20,707 nucleotides of DNA from assembly GCA_964626665.1 (NCBI GenBank), contig CAZVGK010000041.1, positions 1,487 through 22,193 of the forward strand, in the 5' to 3' direction. The notes under the pieces are model-generated. The model saw nothing but the letters and a program-made list of their open reading frames with translations. It had not been told where the DNA came from and made no database searches. Within the stretch, counting starts at the first letter, position 1. The number at the start of each line of letters is the position of its first letter. Both the position numbers and the translations under genes were made by a program. Below, piece after piece: positions 1 through 7,988 of this stretch. The stretch is from an uncultured Gemmatimonadota bacterium. GTDB taxonomy: Bacteria; SM23-81; DAOVCL01.

Positions 1-192
1 TGTGATCAGGGACAATCATCGGGCATTTCGGAAGGCTTTGCAGGAGGGGGGAGCCCGGCCGGTGGATGCCAATGCTGAGGCAGCGATCAAGGACAGGGGC
101 TATTATGAGGGGATGGTAGCCTATGGAGATAAGGTGAAGGAGCTAACCAATCCCATCTGGGAGAAGGAGTATGTGGGACCAGAAAGGGGAAA
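1..192 (+). repeat. Direct repeat, copy 1 (copy 2 at 1508..1699)
   Basis: Read-through alignment at offset 1507 shows about 5 mismatches in 192 nt; identity ends just before the two different stop-proximal tails. Confidence 0.95.
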
Positions 193-211
193 AATGGAGA
201 ATGTGGCTTAA
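1..211 (+). CDS. 3' end of a radical SAM/SPASM protein (paralog of the next gene), 5' truncated by window edge
   Basis: Translation IRDNHRAFRKALQEGGA...EKEYVGPERGK matches the C-terminus of the 252..1715 protein with one substitution (R/W); ends MENVA* at 211. Confidence 0.85.
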   Translation, partial: VIRDNHRAFRKALQEGGARPVDANAEAAIKDRGYYEGMVAYGDKVKELTNPIWEKEYVGPERGKMENVA

Positions 212-251
212 GGGGAGGACTAAAAACCTGAGGAGAGAAAGGAGGGAAGGA

Positions 252-1715
252 ATGACCATCGGCAGGGGGGACGCCATACTCAAGGAGGGTATCTTAGGAT
301 TGGTGAATATCCTCACCAGGGAAGGGCTGTTGAGTAAGGCAGTGGTCAAATTGGTCGAAAGGAAGATATACAACAAATTGATAATTAAAAATCGACTGGG
401 CTTCCCTCGTCGGATGCAGGAGGACAAATTCTATACGATCCGGGATATGTTCCACTCCCTGCTTAAGGCCGTGCAAGAGGGAAGGATCTCCCCTTCGGTA
501 AGGGAGAGCCTCTCTAAGGTTCTGGTTTCTGAGATTATGTTTGACGATGTAAACTACAGGGAGAGGTTTAGGGAGAAGTTTGGCCAAGCCCCTCCAGGTT
601 TTCTGACGATATCGCCGACTAAGAGGTGCAATTTGCGGTGTAAGGGGTGTTATGCGGCCAGCTCTGGGGCGAGCCAGGAGAGCCTCAGTTATGAGGTAGT
701 GGACAGGATAGTAAGGGAAAAGACCCAAAAGTGGGGCTCTCATTTTACCGTTATCTCCGGGGGGGAGCCCTTTCTGTGGTCCGATGGGGGAAAGGGGATA
801 ATCGACTTGGCGGCAGCCCATGCGGACAACTTCTTCCTGGTTTACACCAATGGGACCCTGATAAGCAGGGAGGTAGCCGGGAGGTTGGCGCAGGTGGGGA
901 ATATCACGCCGGCTATCTCGGTGGAGGGGTTTGCGGCGGAGACCGATGCCCGTCGGGGCAAGGGGGTGCACAAGAAGATTTTGCAGGCCTTTGATAATTT
1001 AAGGAAAGTGGGGGTCCCCTTCGGCATCTCCATTACTGCCCTGCGGGGGAATGCGGAGGTGGTGTTAGGTGACAAGTTTATAGACTTCTATTTTGGAGAG
1101 CAGGGGGCGATCTATGGGTGGATATTTCAGTATATGCCCATAGGGCGGAGGTATAGCTTAGATATGATGGTCACTCCCGAGCAGAGGTTATGGATGTATG
1201 AGAGGGAGCAGGAGTTGGTGAGGGAGAAGGAGATATTCATCGCCGATTTCTGGAATAGCGGGCCGGTGAGCAATGGGTGTATCTCAGCGGGCAGGCCGGG
1301 GGGATATTTTTACATAGACTGGAATGGGGATGTGATGCCCTGCGTGTTTGTTCCCTATAGCACCCATAACATAGTGAAGGTTTATGAGGAGGGGGGTGAT
1401 CTGGACACGGTGTTGGCATCTCCCTTCTTTGAAGCCATCAGGAAGTGGCAAAGGGAGTATGGGTATATGAAGAGGCCTGATCAGATGGGGAATCTGGTGA
1501 CACCTTGTGTGATCAGGGACAATCATCGGGCATTTCGGAAGGCTTTGCAGGAGGGGGGAGCCTGGCCGGTGGATGCCAATGCTGAGGCAGCGATAAAGGA
1601 CAGGGGCTATTATGAGGGGATGGTAGCCTATGGAGATAAGGTGAAGGAGTTGACCAATCCCATCTGGGAGAAGGAATATGTGGGACCAGAAAGGGGAAAG
1701 ACAGCAGTAGCTTAA
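252..1715 (+). CDS. Radical SAM protein with C-terminal SPASM/Twitch-type domain
   Basis: CxxxCxxC motif CNLRCKGC, GGEP motif, YTNG, SPASM-like C-ISAGRPGGYFYIDWNGDVMPC and a later PC. Start moved from ORF-track 171 to ATG 252, which has GGAGG at 241-245 and does not overlap the upstream paralog. Confidence 0.9.
   Translation: MTIGRGDAILKEGILGLVNILTREGLLSKAVVKLVERKIYNKLIIKNRLGFPRRMQEDKFYTIRDMFHSLLKAVQEGRISPSVRESLSKVLVSEIMFDDVNYRERFREKFGQAPPGFLTISPTKRCNLRCKGCYAASSGASQESLSYEVVDRIVREKTQKWGSHFTVISGGEPFLWSDGGKGIIDLAAAHADNFFLVYTNGTLISREVAGRLAQVGNITPAISVEGFAAETDARRGKGVHKKILQAFDNLRKVGVPFGISITALRGNAEVVLGDKFIDFYFGEQGAIYGWIFQYMPIGRRYSLDMMVTPEQRLWMYEREQELVREKEIFIADFWNSGPVSNGCISAGRPGGYFYIDWNGDVMPCVFVPYSTHNIVKVYEEGGDLDTVLASPFFEAIRKWQREYGYMKRPDQMGNLVTPCVIRDNHRAFRKALQEGGAWPVDANAEAAIKDRGYYEGMVAYGDKVKELTNPIWEKEYVGPERGKTAVA
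1508..1699 (+). repeat. Direct repeat, copy 2 (of 1..192)
   Basis: Near-identical to window positions 1..192. Confidence 0.95.
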
Positions 1716-1723
1716 AATAGACT

Positions 1724-2758
1724 GTGGCTAAGTACTTTAAGAAAGGGCTGTACCTATATATAAGCATCAGCTTGATCGCTTTGCTGGCCCTCCTGGTCTT
1801 TACCTCTGATCGCCAGACCTGGAAGGCCATCACTCGGTTTAATTTCTCCTTTCTTCCTCTGCTAATTTTGGCTACGGCCCTGAAGTGGCTTTGCGATGGC
1901 CTGAGCATTGACATCCTGGTGAGAGGGGGTTCAAAGGTGCGCATAGGGGTGTGGAAAGCTACAGAAATGAGGATGCAAAGCTCATTTTTGGCCATTGCCT
2001 TTCCCGTTCTCTTTAGTTCGACCTCCTATCAGGGGTACCTCCTCTATCGAGAGAACATCTCCCCAGGCAGAAGTGCCGGGATAACCGCTTTTCGGGCCAT
2101 ACTTCCCCTTTTTCTCTTCCTCCTCCTCATCCCTCTTCCCTTTACCTCCTATCCAGGCATTAAGGTAAACTTGCTCTTTTCCCGCATACTGAAGGGAATT
2201 TTCCTCCCCATAGGCTTAGCGCTCTTCTTTTTCATCCTGGCTATTTTCTTCCCCAGCCGGATAAAGGCCTTCTCCGCCTGGGTAATAGAGCGGCTTCCCA
2301 AGCTGAAGGTTTTAAAGCCGGATAAGGTAGGCAAAGTTAAGGAGGAGGCGTTTAAGGAGGTGGACCTGTTGAGCGAACAGCTCTCCCATTACCTGACCAA
2401 GGGGAAGAAGAGCCTTCTTTTCGCTGAGGGGAGCATCCTCTTCTCCTTCTTCTGGGAGTTCGCCATTAGCCTGATCATCTGCTGGGGGTGGGGCATTAAG
2501 CCGCCGCTTTTTCGCTTCTTCCTCATTCAACTCCTCTTGCGGCCTATCCTCTATTTCGCTCCCACCCCGGGGGGAAGTGGGGTAAGCGAGCTCAGCTATG
2601 CGGGATTTTTTGCCTTATTCGTTCCCAAATACTTAGTTGGGGTATCGGTGCTCTTGTGGAGGATCTGGACCTCCTACTTGGGGATGATCTGGGGAGGTAT
2701 TGGAGTTGCTTCCTCCCTAAAGAAGGGTTTGAAGGCCGGTGGGCAGGCTGCTCAATAA
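1724..2758 (+). CDS. Lysylphosphatidylglycerol synthase TM / UPF0104 (YbhN/AglD2-like) flippase-like membrane protein
   Basis: 344 aa with many hydrophobic segments; family-typical C-terminal motif PTPGGSGVSE followed by LLWRIWTSY; 8 nt downstream of the radical SAM stop; GTG start. Confidence 0.8.
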   Translation: MAKYFKKGLYLYISISLIALLALLVFTSDRQTWKAITRFNFSFLPLLILATALKWLCDGLSIDILVRGGSKVRIGVWKATEMRMQSSFLAIAFPVLFSSTSYQGYLLYRENISPGRSAGITAFRAILPLFLFLLLIPLPFTSYPGIKVNLLFSRILKGIFLPIGLALFFFILAIFFPSRIKAFSAWVIERLPKLKVLKPDKVGKVKEEAFKEVDLLSEQLSHYLTKGKKSLLFAEGSILFSFFWEFAISLIICWGWGIKPPLFRFFLIQLLLRPILYFAPTPGGSGVSELSYAGFFALFVPKYLVGVSVLLWRIWTSYLGMIWGGIGVASSLKKGLKAGGQAAQ

Positions 2759-2858
2759 TCCCTTTGGGTTTTCAAGGGGGCTTATAATTGTAAAATATTT
2801 GACACCGCAGGAGTCAGCTTCAAAGGAACCCTTTTAAGGTTAGAGACGAGAGGAAGAT

Positions 2859-4037
2859 ATGGATATCTTCGAAAAATGTTTCCGCTACACCGCCGCCCGG
2901 GAAGCCAGGAGGGCCGGATACTATCCCTATTTTCAGGCCATAGAATCCGGGCAGGGCTCTCAGGTAACCATAAGGGGCAAAAGGATGATTATGATAGGTT
3001 CCAATAACTATTTGGGGCTTACCTCCCACCCCAAATTGCAGGAGGCAGCCATAAAGGCGGTAAAAAAATATGGTAGTGGATGCACGGGTTCAAGGTTCTT
3101 AAACGGCACCCTGGATATCCATGAGGAGCTCGAGGTCAAGCTGGCGGAATTTATGGGGAAGAAAGCTGCCCTGGTCTTCTCCACGGGTTTTCAAACCAAT
3201 TTAGGGGCGATCTCCACCCTGGTAGGCAGGGGAGATGTGGTCATTACCGATCGGGCTGACCACGCCAGCATCTTAGATGGTTGTAGGCTCTCCTTTGGCA
3301 AGCTTATGAAGTTCAAACACAACGATATGGAAGATCTGGAAAGGGCGCTGAAAACCTGTGGGGGGAAAGGAAAGTTTATCGTGGTAGATGGCATCTTCTC
3401 CATGGAGGGAGATATAGCTGATCTGCCCAACATAGTTAGGTTGGCAAAAAGGTATGGAGCCAGGGTTATGGTGGATGATGCCCATTCCATAGGGGTATTA
3501 GGGGAAAATGGCCGGGGGACAGCAGAACATTTTGGCCTGACGGATGAGGTAGATATAGTTATGGGCACATTTAGCAAGTCCTTTGCCTCCATAGGTGGAT
3601 TTATCGTCGCCCAGGAGGAGGTAATTGACTTTATCAAACACACCTCCCGGGCCCTGATCTTCAGCGCCAGCCCCCCTCCGGCCTCAGTGGCGGTGGTTCT
3701 GGCTGCCTTAGAGATAATTAAGACCGAACCGGAGAGAAGGAGAAAGCTTTGGGAAAATACCCGGATGATGTTAAAAGGCTTTAAGGATATGGGCTTTGAT
3801 ACGGGCACAAGCCAAACCCCGGTGATTCCCCTTATAATCGGCGATCAGATGAAGACCTTTACTTACTGGCGGAGGCTCTTTGAAGAAGGGATATTTGCTA
3901 ATCCAGCCATCCCCCCTGCTGTCCCCCCAGGGAGGTCTTTAATCAGGACGAGCTATATGGCCACCCATACAAAGGAGGAGTTAAACCGGGTCTTAGAGGT
4001 CTTGGGAAGGGTAGGGAGGGAACTGGGGATAATCTAA
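2859..4037 (+). CDS. spt: PLP-dependent alpha-oxoamine synthase, most likely serine palmitoyltransferase (Bacteroides-type SPT)
   Basis: [25 protein letters not shown] and the PLP lysine motif GTFSKS. The N-terminal YPYF and the [12 protein letters not shown] / IFSAS motifs are typical of bacterial SPT rather than BioF/Kbl. RBS GAGGA upstream. Confidence 0.75.
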   Translation: MDIFEKCFRYTAAREARRAGYYPYFQAIESGQGSQVTIRGKRMIMIGSNNYLGLTSHPKLQEAAIKAVKKYGSGCTGSRFLNGTLDIHEELEVKLAEFMGKKAALVFSTGFQTNLGAISTLVGRGDVVITDRADHASILDGCRLSFGKLMKFKHNDMEDLERALKTCGGKGKFIVVDGIFSMEGDIADLPNIVRLAKRYGARVMVDDAHSIGVLGENGRGTAEHFGLTDEVDIVMGTFSKSFASIGGFIVAQEEVIDFIKHTSRALIFSASPPPASVAVVLAALEIIKTEPERRRKLWENTRMMLKGFKDMGFDTGTSQTPVIPLIIGDQMKTFTYWRRLFEEGIFANPAIPPAVPPGRSLIRTSYMATHTKEELNRVLEVLGRVGRELGII

Positions 4038-4093
4038 CAAGGCTTTAAATATGGAATAAAGGTAACAGCACGGAATCTCGTGGAATTACACAG

Positions 4094-4226
4094 TGCGGCA
4101 AAGCCGCAACCAAATAATTCACCGCAAAGTCGCAAAGGACGCAAAGTTTAAAGATTATTAACTAATCGTTTTATTTCATCTCTCTTTTGCTTTTTATTTT
4201 CTCTGCGATCTTAGTGGCTTTGCGGT
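4094..4226. repeat. Palindromic repeat element: TGCGGC-AAA-GCCGCA hairpin plus imperfect inverted repeat 4121..4146 / 4201..4226 (CGCAAAG units)
   Basis: accgcaaagtcgcaaaggacgcaaag versus the reverse complement of ctctgcgatcttagtggctttgcggt, 20/26 matches; AT-rich interior. Confidence 0.7.
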
Positions 4227-4292
4227 TGCTACCAAACAAGGGCTACGGGGTTCACAGACAAAAAACCACTATCGTAGATCGTTTTTCATCTC

Positions 4293-4382
4293 TTCTACCC
4301 AGCTTTAGCCGGGGTAACCTCTTGGGGGCTTCAGCCCCATAGGGGCCTGAAGGGGCCCAACCCGCACTAAAGTGCGGTAGAA
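4293..4382. repeat. REP-like multi-hairpin cluster
   Basis: Bounded by ttctacc/ggtagaa; internal hairpins ggggct-tc-agcccc, gggcc...ggccc and ccgcact-aa-agtgcgg (4362-4377); ends CTAC/GTAG as in GTAG-type REPs. Confidence 0.65.
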
Positions 4383-4387
4383 CTTGG

Positions 4388-4474
4388 AGATTGCTTCGTC
4401 CCGATTTTCATTGGGACTCGCAATGACAGGCAAAAGAATGGGTCATTGCGAGGAGCAAAGCGACGAAGCAATCT
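4388..4474. repeat. Palindromic element of the GTCATTGCGAG...GAAGCAATCT type (RPE/REP-like), copy 1
   Basis: Outer 13-bp IR agattgcttcgtc/gacgaagcaatct, inner 11-bp IR ctcgcaatgac/gtcattgcgag, nested gtcccga..ttgggac hairpin; related copy at 17814..17981. Confidence 0.8.
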
Positions 4475-4643
4475 TATTCTATGCGCCCATAGCCCGCTCT
4501 CTGGGCTTAATTCTTGCAAGCCACCGATGATACCGCATCAGATGCCCTCATTTGACTGTGGAAGAGCCCTTTCTCTGCTTTCTCGCCTTTGGAATAGCTA
4601 AGCAGTAATCCACCTGGCAATTGATCCTATCTCCCCGGGCAAT

Positions 4644-4759
4644 AATGAAAAGGGGCGGACTTAAATCCGCCCCTTTTACATTCGGCGAGTTTTCGGCTTC
4701 CGCACAAAGCCACGGGAGAAAAACAGAAGCTTACTTACCCGCCTAATTTTTAATTACAA
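4644..4759 (-). ncRNA. Putative sigma54-dependent small RNA (~110-115 nt)
   Basis: Lies between a consensus -24/-12 promoter (predicted +1 near 4759) and an intrinsic terminator; no RBS-supported ORF inside; can fold GGCGGGU/ACUCGCC outer stem and GCUUCUGU/GCGGAAGC inner stem. Confidence 0.6.
4648..4677. terminator. Intrinsic terminator, potentially bidirectional
   Basis: aaaaggggcgga-cttaaa-tccgcccctttt: perfect 12-bp IR with GC-rich core and a T-run on both strands (minus strand reads ...GCCCCUUUUCAUUAUU). Confidence 0.85.
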
Positions 4760-4768
4760 TTAATATGA

Positions 4769-4786
4769 TTGCAAAAACCGTGCCAA
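4769..4786 (-). promoter_or_regulatory. Sigma54 (RpoN) -24/-12 promoter
   Basis: Minus strand reads TTGGCACGGTTTTTGCAA, matching TGGCACG-N4-TTGCW with exact spacing; about 170 nt downstream of a sigma54 activator gene. Confidence 0.88.
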
Positions 4787-4848
4787 ATTCAGATAATATA
4801 GAAAAAAATTAAGAGGAAGCTAACTGCTCGTTTTAAAAGGGTTTACAG

Positions 4849-4936
4849 GACAACCAAATTAATTTGTCTCAGAGGAGATAGCATGGATAGGCTTATAACC
4901 GCCAAAATTGACGATTAAGAAGATACAAATTTGGTA
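4849..4936. promoter_or_regulatory. Candidate upstream activator sequences for the sigma54 promoter
   Basis: Perfect palindrome caaattaatttg (4855-4866, about -100) and caaatttg (4926-4933, about -170), in the usual enhancer distance range; AT-rich background weakens significance. Confidence 0.35.
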
Positions 4937-4956
4937 ACCATTTAATTATTAAGAAG

Positions 4957-7900
4957 TTAGTTATTCGCCACAAATGACGATCCAGAAAGCTCAACGAGGC
5001 CCCCTCCCTCCAACTCATATTTTCTCATCTTCCTCCTAAGGGTAGCCTCGGGGATTTTTAGGAGCGTAGCTGCCTTTGTCTTCACCCATTTGCTCCTCTG
5101 TAGGGCCCCTAAAATGTTCTCCCTCTCAAACTCGGCTAACTGATGGGGAAGAGATCCGGGCCCCTGTTCATCCAAGGTAAACACCTGTGACCTCAGGGCA
5201 GGAGAGAGATGTTCTGGGGAAATAAACCTATCACCGGAGGCTAAGATCGTGGCCCTCTCCACCTCGTTTTTTAACTGTCTTACATTCCCCGGCCAGTGGT
5301 AGGCCGTCAGAAGCTCCATCGCCTCCTTGTTTACCCCCTTTACCTCTCCCCCCCTCTTCTCCGTGAAGAGTTCCAGAAAATGGTAGATGAGTGGAGGGAT
5401 ATCCTCCTCCCTTTCCCTTAAGGGGGAAAGCCTTATCTCCACCCCGGTGAGCCTGTAGTAGAGGTCCTTACGGAACCTGCTGGCCTCTACAGCCTTCTCC
5501 AAGTCCTTATTGGTGGCCGAGATTATGCTCACCTCTATCTTCCGAGATCTGGTTTCTCCCAACCTCCTTATCTCCATCTCCTCTAATACCCTAAGGAGCT
5601 TGGCCTGTAGCCACTCACTGGCATTGGCCACCTCATCTAAGAAGAGGGTCCCCCCCTGGGCCTCCTCAAATAGCCCCTTCTTATCCTGTATAGCATTGGT
5701 AAAGGAACCTTTCTTATGACCGAAAAACTCGCTCTCCAGGAGGGTATCGGTAAAGGCAGCGCAGTTTACCGGCACAAAATTTTTGTTGCGCCTTTGGCTG
5801 CTATAGTGAAGGGCCCGGGCAATAAGCTCTTTGCCCGTCCCTGTCTCCCCAGTGATCAGGATGGGGAGATAAGAATCCTTGAAGCTATTGGCAGTTCTCA
5901 GAGCCTCCTCCATCTGAGGGTTAATGGTCACTATGCTCCCGAAACCATACTTCTCCTCCAATCTCTCCCTGAGATAGAGGTTTTCCCTGAGCAGCTCCTC
6001 TTTTTGAAGCTCTGCCGCCTTGAGCTGGAGGATATCAGCCGCGAGGACGAAGAAATTCAGGTCCTTTTGGTCAAATGCCCCTTTGCCCCCAGTTGGGGTG
6101 CGGTCAACATAGAGGAAACCCTCAATGGAGTTGTCCCCAAAGGGGAAAACCATAAAATTCTCCACTTTCTCCTTTTTTAAGGTAGCGAAGACTTGATTAT
6201 GAACCACCGAAGTGCAGATAAACGGCTGACCAGGACTGATTGTTCTACTGGCTAAATTCTTCAAGTAGCTTAAAAGGAATTTGGCCTTTGCGGGGCTCAG
6301 GTTGTACCTGCTCATTAAGGTAAGTTCGCTGTTAGTATTAGGGCGGAAGGCGATAAAACCTCGCTCGGCATGCACTCTCTCGGAGAGAAAACGGAGCAGA
6401 AGCTCCATATCCTCAGGGGAGATGTGGTCAAGCCTATCTAAAGCAGTCCTCTCCTCCCTAATCAGAAGGGAGGAGGCGGCCAATCTCTCCTCCATTTTAA
6501 CCCTCAAGGTCAATATCTCCTTGAGACCATCCTTTTCACTTATCCTTCTAAAAATCCTCTCAGCCGATTCCAACGGCCCCAGGGCCCAGTCTGGATTTGT
6601 CCCGTTCATCTGGGCTTTGGCCAATTCGATCTCCACTAAGCCCTCCTCATAATGGGCCCCCAATCCCTGGAATGTCCTCCTTGCTTCCCTCAGTTGTTCG
6701 ATGGTCCTTCTCCTCCCCTCATCTTTCTGAGGGGCGAGAAGGCTAAACCTGCTCTCTACAAGAATCGTCTTCCCCTGTTCAAACCTTTCCCCAATGGATT
6801 TAAAGACCTCAACGGCCTTGCGGAAATTCGTTTCGGCTGCTCTCTTGTCCCCCTCTGCCTGAGAGATGAGAGCCAGAACCCGATAGCAGCAACCTTCCTC
6901 AAATCCATCTTTCAGGTCCTGAGAGATCCCTAGGGCCTCCTGGGCACACCTCGTGGCCTCTTTTAAATCTCCCCCCGCGGCAAGGTAAAGCTCTGCCCTC
7001 CTCCTCTGCACCTGGTTGACCAGGTCTCCCCGGGGGGCCAACTTCCTGGCAATCTCCCATGTCCTTTGATAGTAGCCAGAAGATGGTTCAAAGTCCCCTT
7101 TTTCTTTAGCCAAATCACCCAAAGATTCCAGGCTCATCGCCTCCTGTCTGGGGTAACTATGCCCCTGACAAAGGCCAAGAGCCTTCTGCAGGAATTTCTC
7201 AGCCTCCCCCCATCTCCTCTGCACTATGTAGATCCTCCCCAAGGAGATGTAACCATTCACGATGGGGAGGGCTTCCCCTATCTTCAGCTTAAGCTCTAAG
7301 CTCGCCTCCAAAAGGTTCAGGGCCTCCCTCCACTTTCCCATCCTCCGGTGGAGGGTACCCAAATTCCCCATCAGGGCCGCTCTTTCCCTCTCCCACTCCA
7401 GAGGGCAGATCCGCAACCCCTTCTGCAAGTACTTCAAAGCCTCATCCCACTCCGCAGTCATAAAGGCGACCTGGGCCAAGCTGTTTATGGCCTTGAGCAT
7501 CCCCTTCTTTTCGTTGATCAATCGGAAGGAGGAGAGGCTATCCTCGAAGTAATCCTTCGCCTCCCTTAGATTGCCCTTACGGAGCGAGATCCTGCCCAGG
7601 CAGTGCTCGGCATCGGCCAAAAGCCCATGTTCGCTGGTAGCCAGAAGCTCCTCAAAGACACCCTGGGCGATCTCCTTTGCCTTGTCATATTCCCCCAACT
7701 CCAGCCGCAGGTTGGCCTCTAAGATAAGCAGCCGGTAGCGCTCCTGCGGCCCGCAAGCCGACCTTTCCACCTTGCCTGTTTGCCTTAGACCATAGCGAAA
7801 CTTTCCCAGCCGATAGAGGCAGTCAGCCAACTCTATGCCTACCTTTGCCCTTGCCTGAGAAAGCGCATTGGATATTTGGAGGCCCTTTCTATATCCCTGG

Positions 7901-7971
7901 CACGCCTCCCGATAATTACCCAACGCCGCCTCCTTGCGGGCTTCCCTGGTTAACCTCTCAAATTCTCCCAT
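4957..7971 (-). CDS. Sigma54-dependent enhancer-binding protein: N-terminal TPR array, GAF-like region, AAA+ domain, Fis-type HTH
   Basis: ~500 aa of TPR-like repeats (e.g. ALMGNLGTLHRRMGKWREALNLLEASL); GAF-like segment ending GFLYVDR...FDQKDLNFF; Walker A GETGTGKE, VNCAA, ESEFFGHKKGSFTNA, Walker B LFLDEV, RFRKDLYYRL, WPGNVRQL; HTH AATLLKIPEATLRRKM. ATG at 7971 has a GGGGAGA RBS (ORF track starts at TTG 7998). No receiver domain. Confidence 0.93.
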   Translation of the reverse strand: MGEFERLTREARKEAALGNYREACQGYRKGLQISNALSQARAKVGIELADCLYRLGKFRYGLRQTGKVERSACGPQERYRLLILEANLRLELGEYDKAKEIAQGVFEELLATSEHGLLADAEHCLGRISLRKGNLREAKDYFEDSLSSFRLINEKKGMLKAINSLAQVAFMTAEWDEALKYLQKGLRICPLEWERERAALMGNLGTLHRRMGKWREALNLLEASLELKLKIGEALPIVNGYISLGRIYIVQRRWGEAEKFLQKALGLCQGHSYPRQEAMSLESLGDLAKEKGDFEPSSGYYQRTWEIARKLAPRGDLVNQVQRRRAELYLAAGGDLKEATRCAQEALGISQDLKDGFEEGCCYRVLALISQAEGDKRAAETNFRKAVEVFKSIGERFEQGKTILVESRFSLLAPQKDEGRRRTIEQLREARRTFQGLGAHYEEGLVEIELAKAQMNGTNPDWALGPLESAERIFRRISEKDGLKEILTLRVKMEERLAASSLLIREERTALDRLDHISPEDMELLLRFLSERVHAERGFIAFRPNTNSELTLMSRYNLSPAKAKFLLSYLKNLASRTISPGQPFICTSVVHNQVFATLKKEKVENFMVFPFGDNSIEGFLYVDRTPTGGKGAFDQKDLNFFVLAADILQLKAAELQKEELLRENLYLRERLEEKYGFGSIVTINPQMEEALRTANSFKDSYLPILITGETGTGKELIARALHYSSQRRNKNFVPVNCAAFTDTLLESEFFGHKKGSFTNAIQDKKGLFEEAQGGTLFLDEVANASEWLQAKLLRVLEEMEIRRLGETRSRKIEVSIISATNKDLEKAVEASRFRKDLYYRLTGVEIRLSPLREREEDIPPLIYHFLELFTEKRGGEVKGVNKEAMELLTAYHWPGNVRQLKNEVERATILASGDRFISPEHLSPALRSQVFTLDEQGPGSLPHQLAEFERENILGALQRSKWVKTKAATLLKIPEATLRRKMRKYELEGGGLVELSGSSFVANN

Positions 7972-7988
7972 CTTTAGCTCTCCCCGGG

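Noticed and set aside
171-251. ORF-track N-terminal extension of the radical SAM gene
   Set aside because: Overlaps the upstream paralog out of frame; ATG 252 has the RBS.
2799-2830. Sigma70 promoter before spt (TTGACA at 2799-2804)
   Set aside because: No acceptable -10 hexamer at 16-18 nt spacing.
4094-4150. c-di-GMP-I (GEMM) riboswitch suggested by GGCAAA...GGACGCAAAG
   Set aside because: No GNRA-capped stem between the motifs and no following P2 with receptor; the CGCAAAG units are explained by the inverted repeat with 4201-4226; no downstream co-oriented gene.
4037-4640. CRISPR array or tRNA in the repeat-rich intergenic regions (also 17437-18070)
   Set aside because: No regularly spaced direct repeats with unique spacers, no cas genes, and no cloverleaf with T-loop consensus.
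4680-4745. Hammerhead ribozyme in the putative sRNA (stems plus CGAAA)
   Set aside because: The CUGANGA core is absent.
4818-4846. IHF site between the enhancer region and the sigma54 promoter
   Set aside because: Best match (AAACGA-GCAG-TTA, minus strand) has two mismatches to WATCAR-N4-TTR; position is plausible but support is too weak to call.
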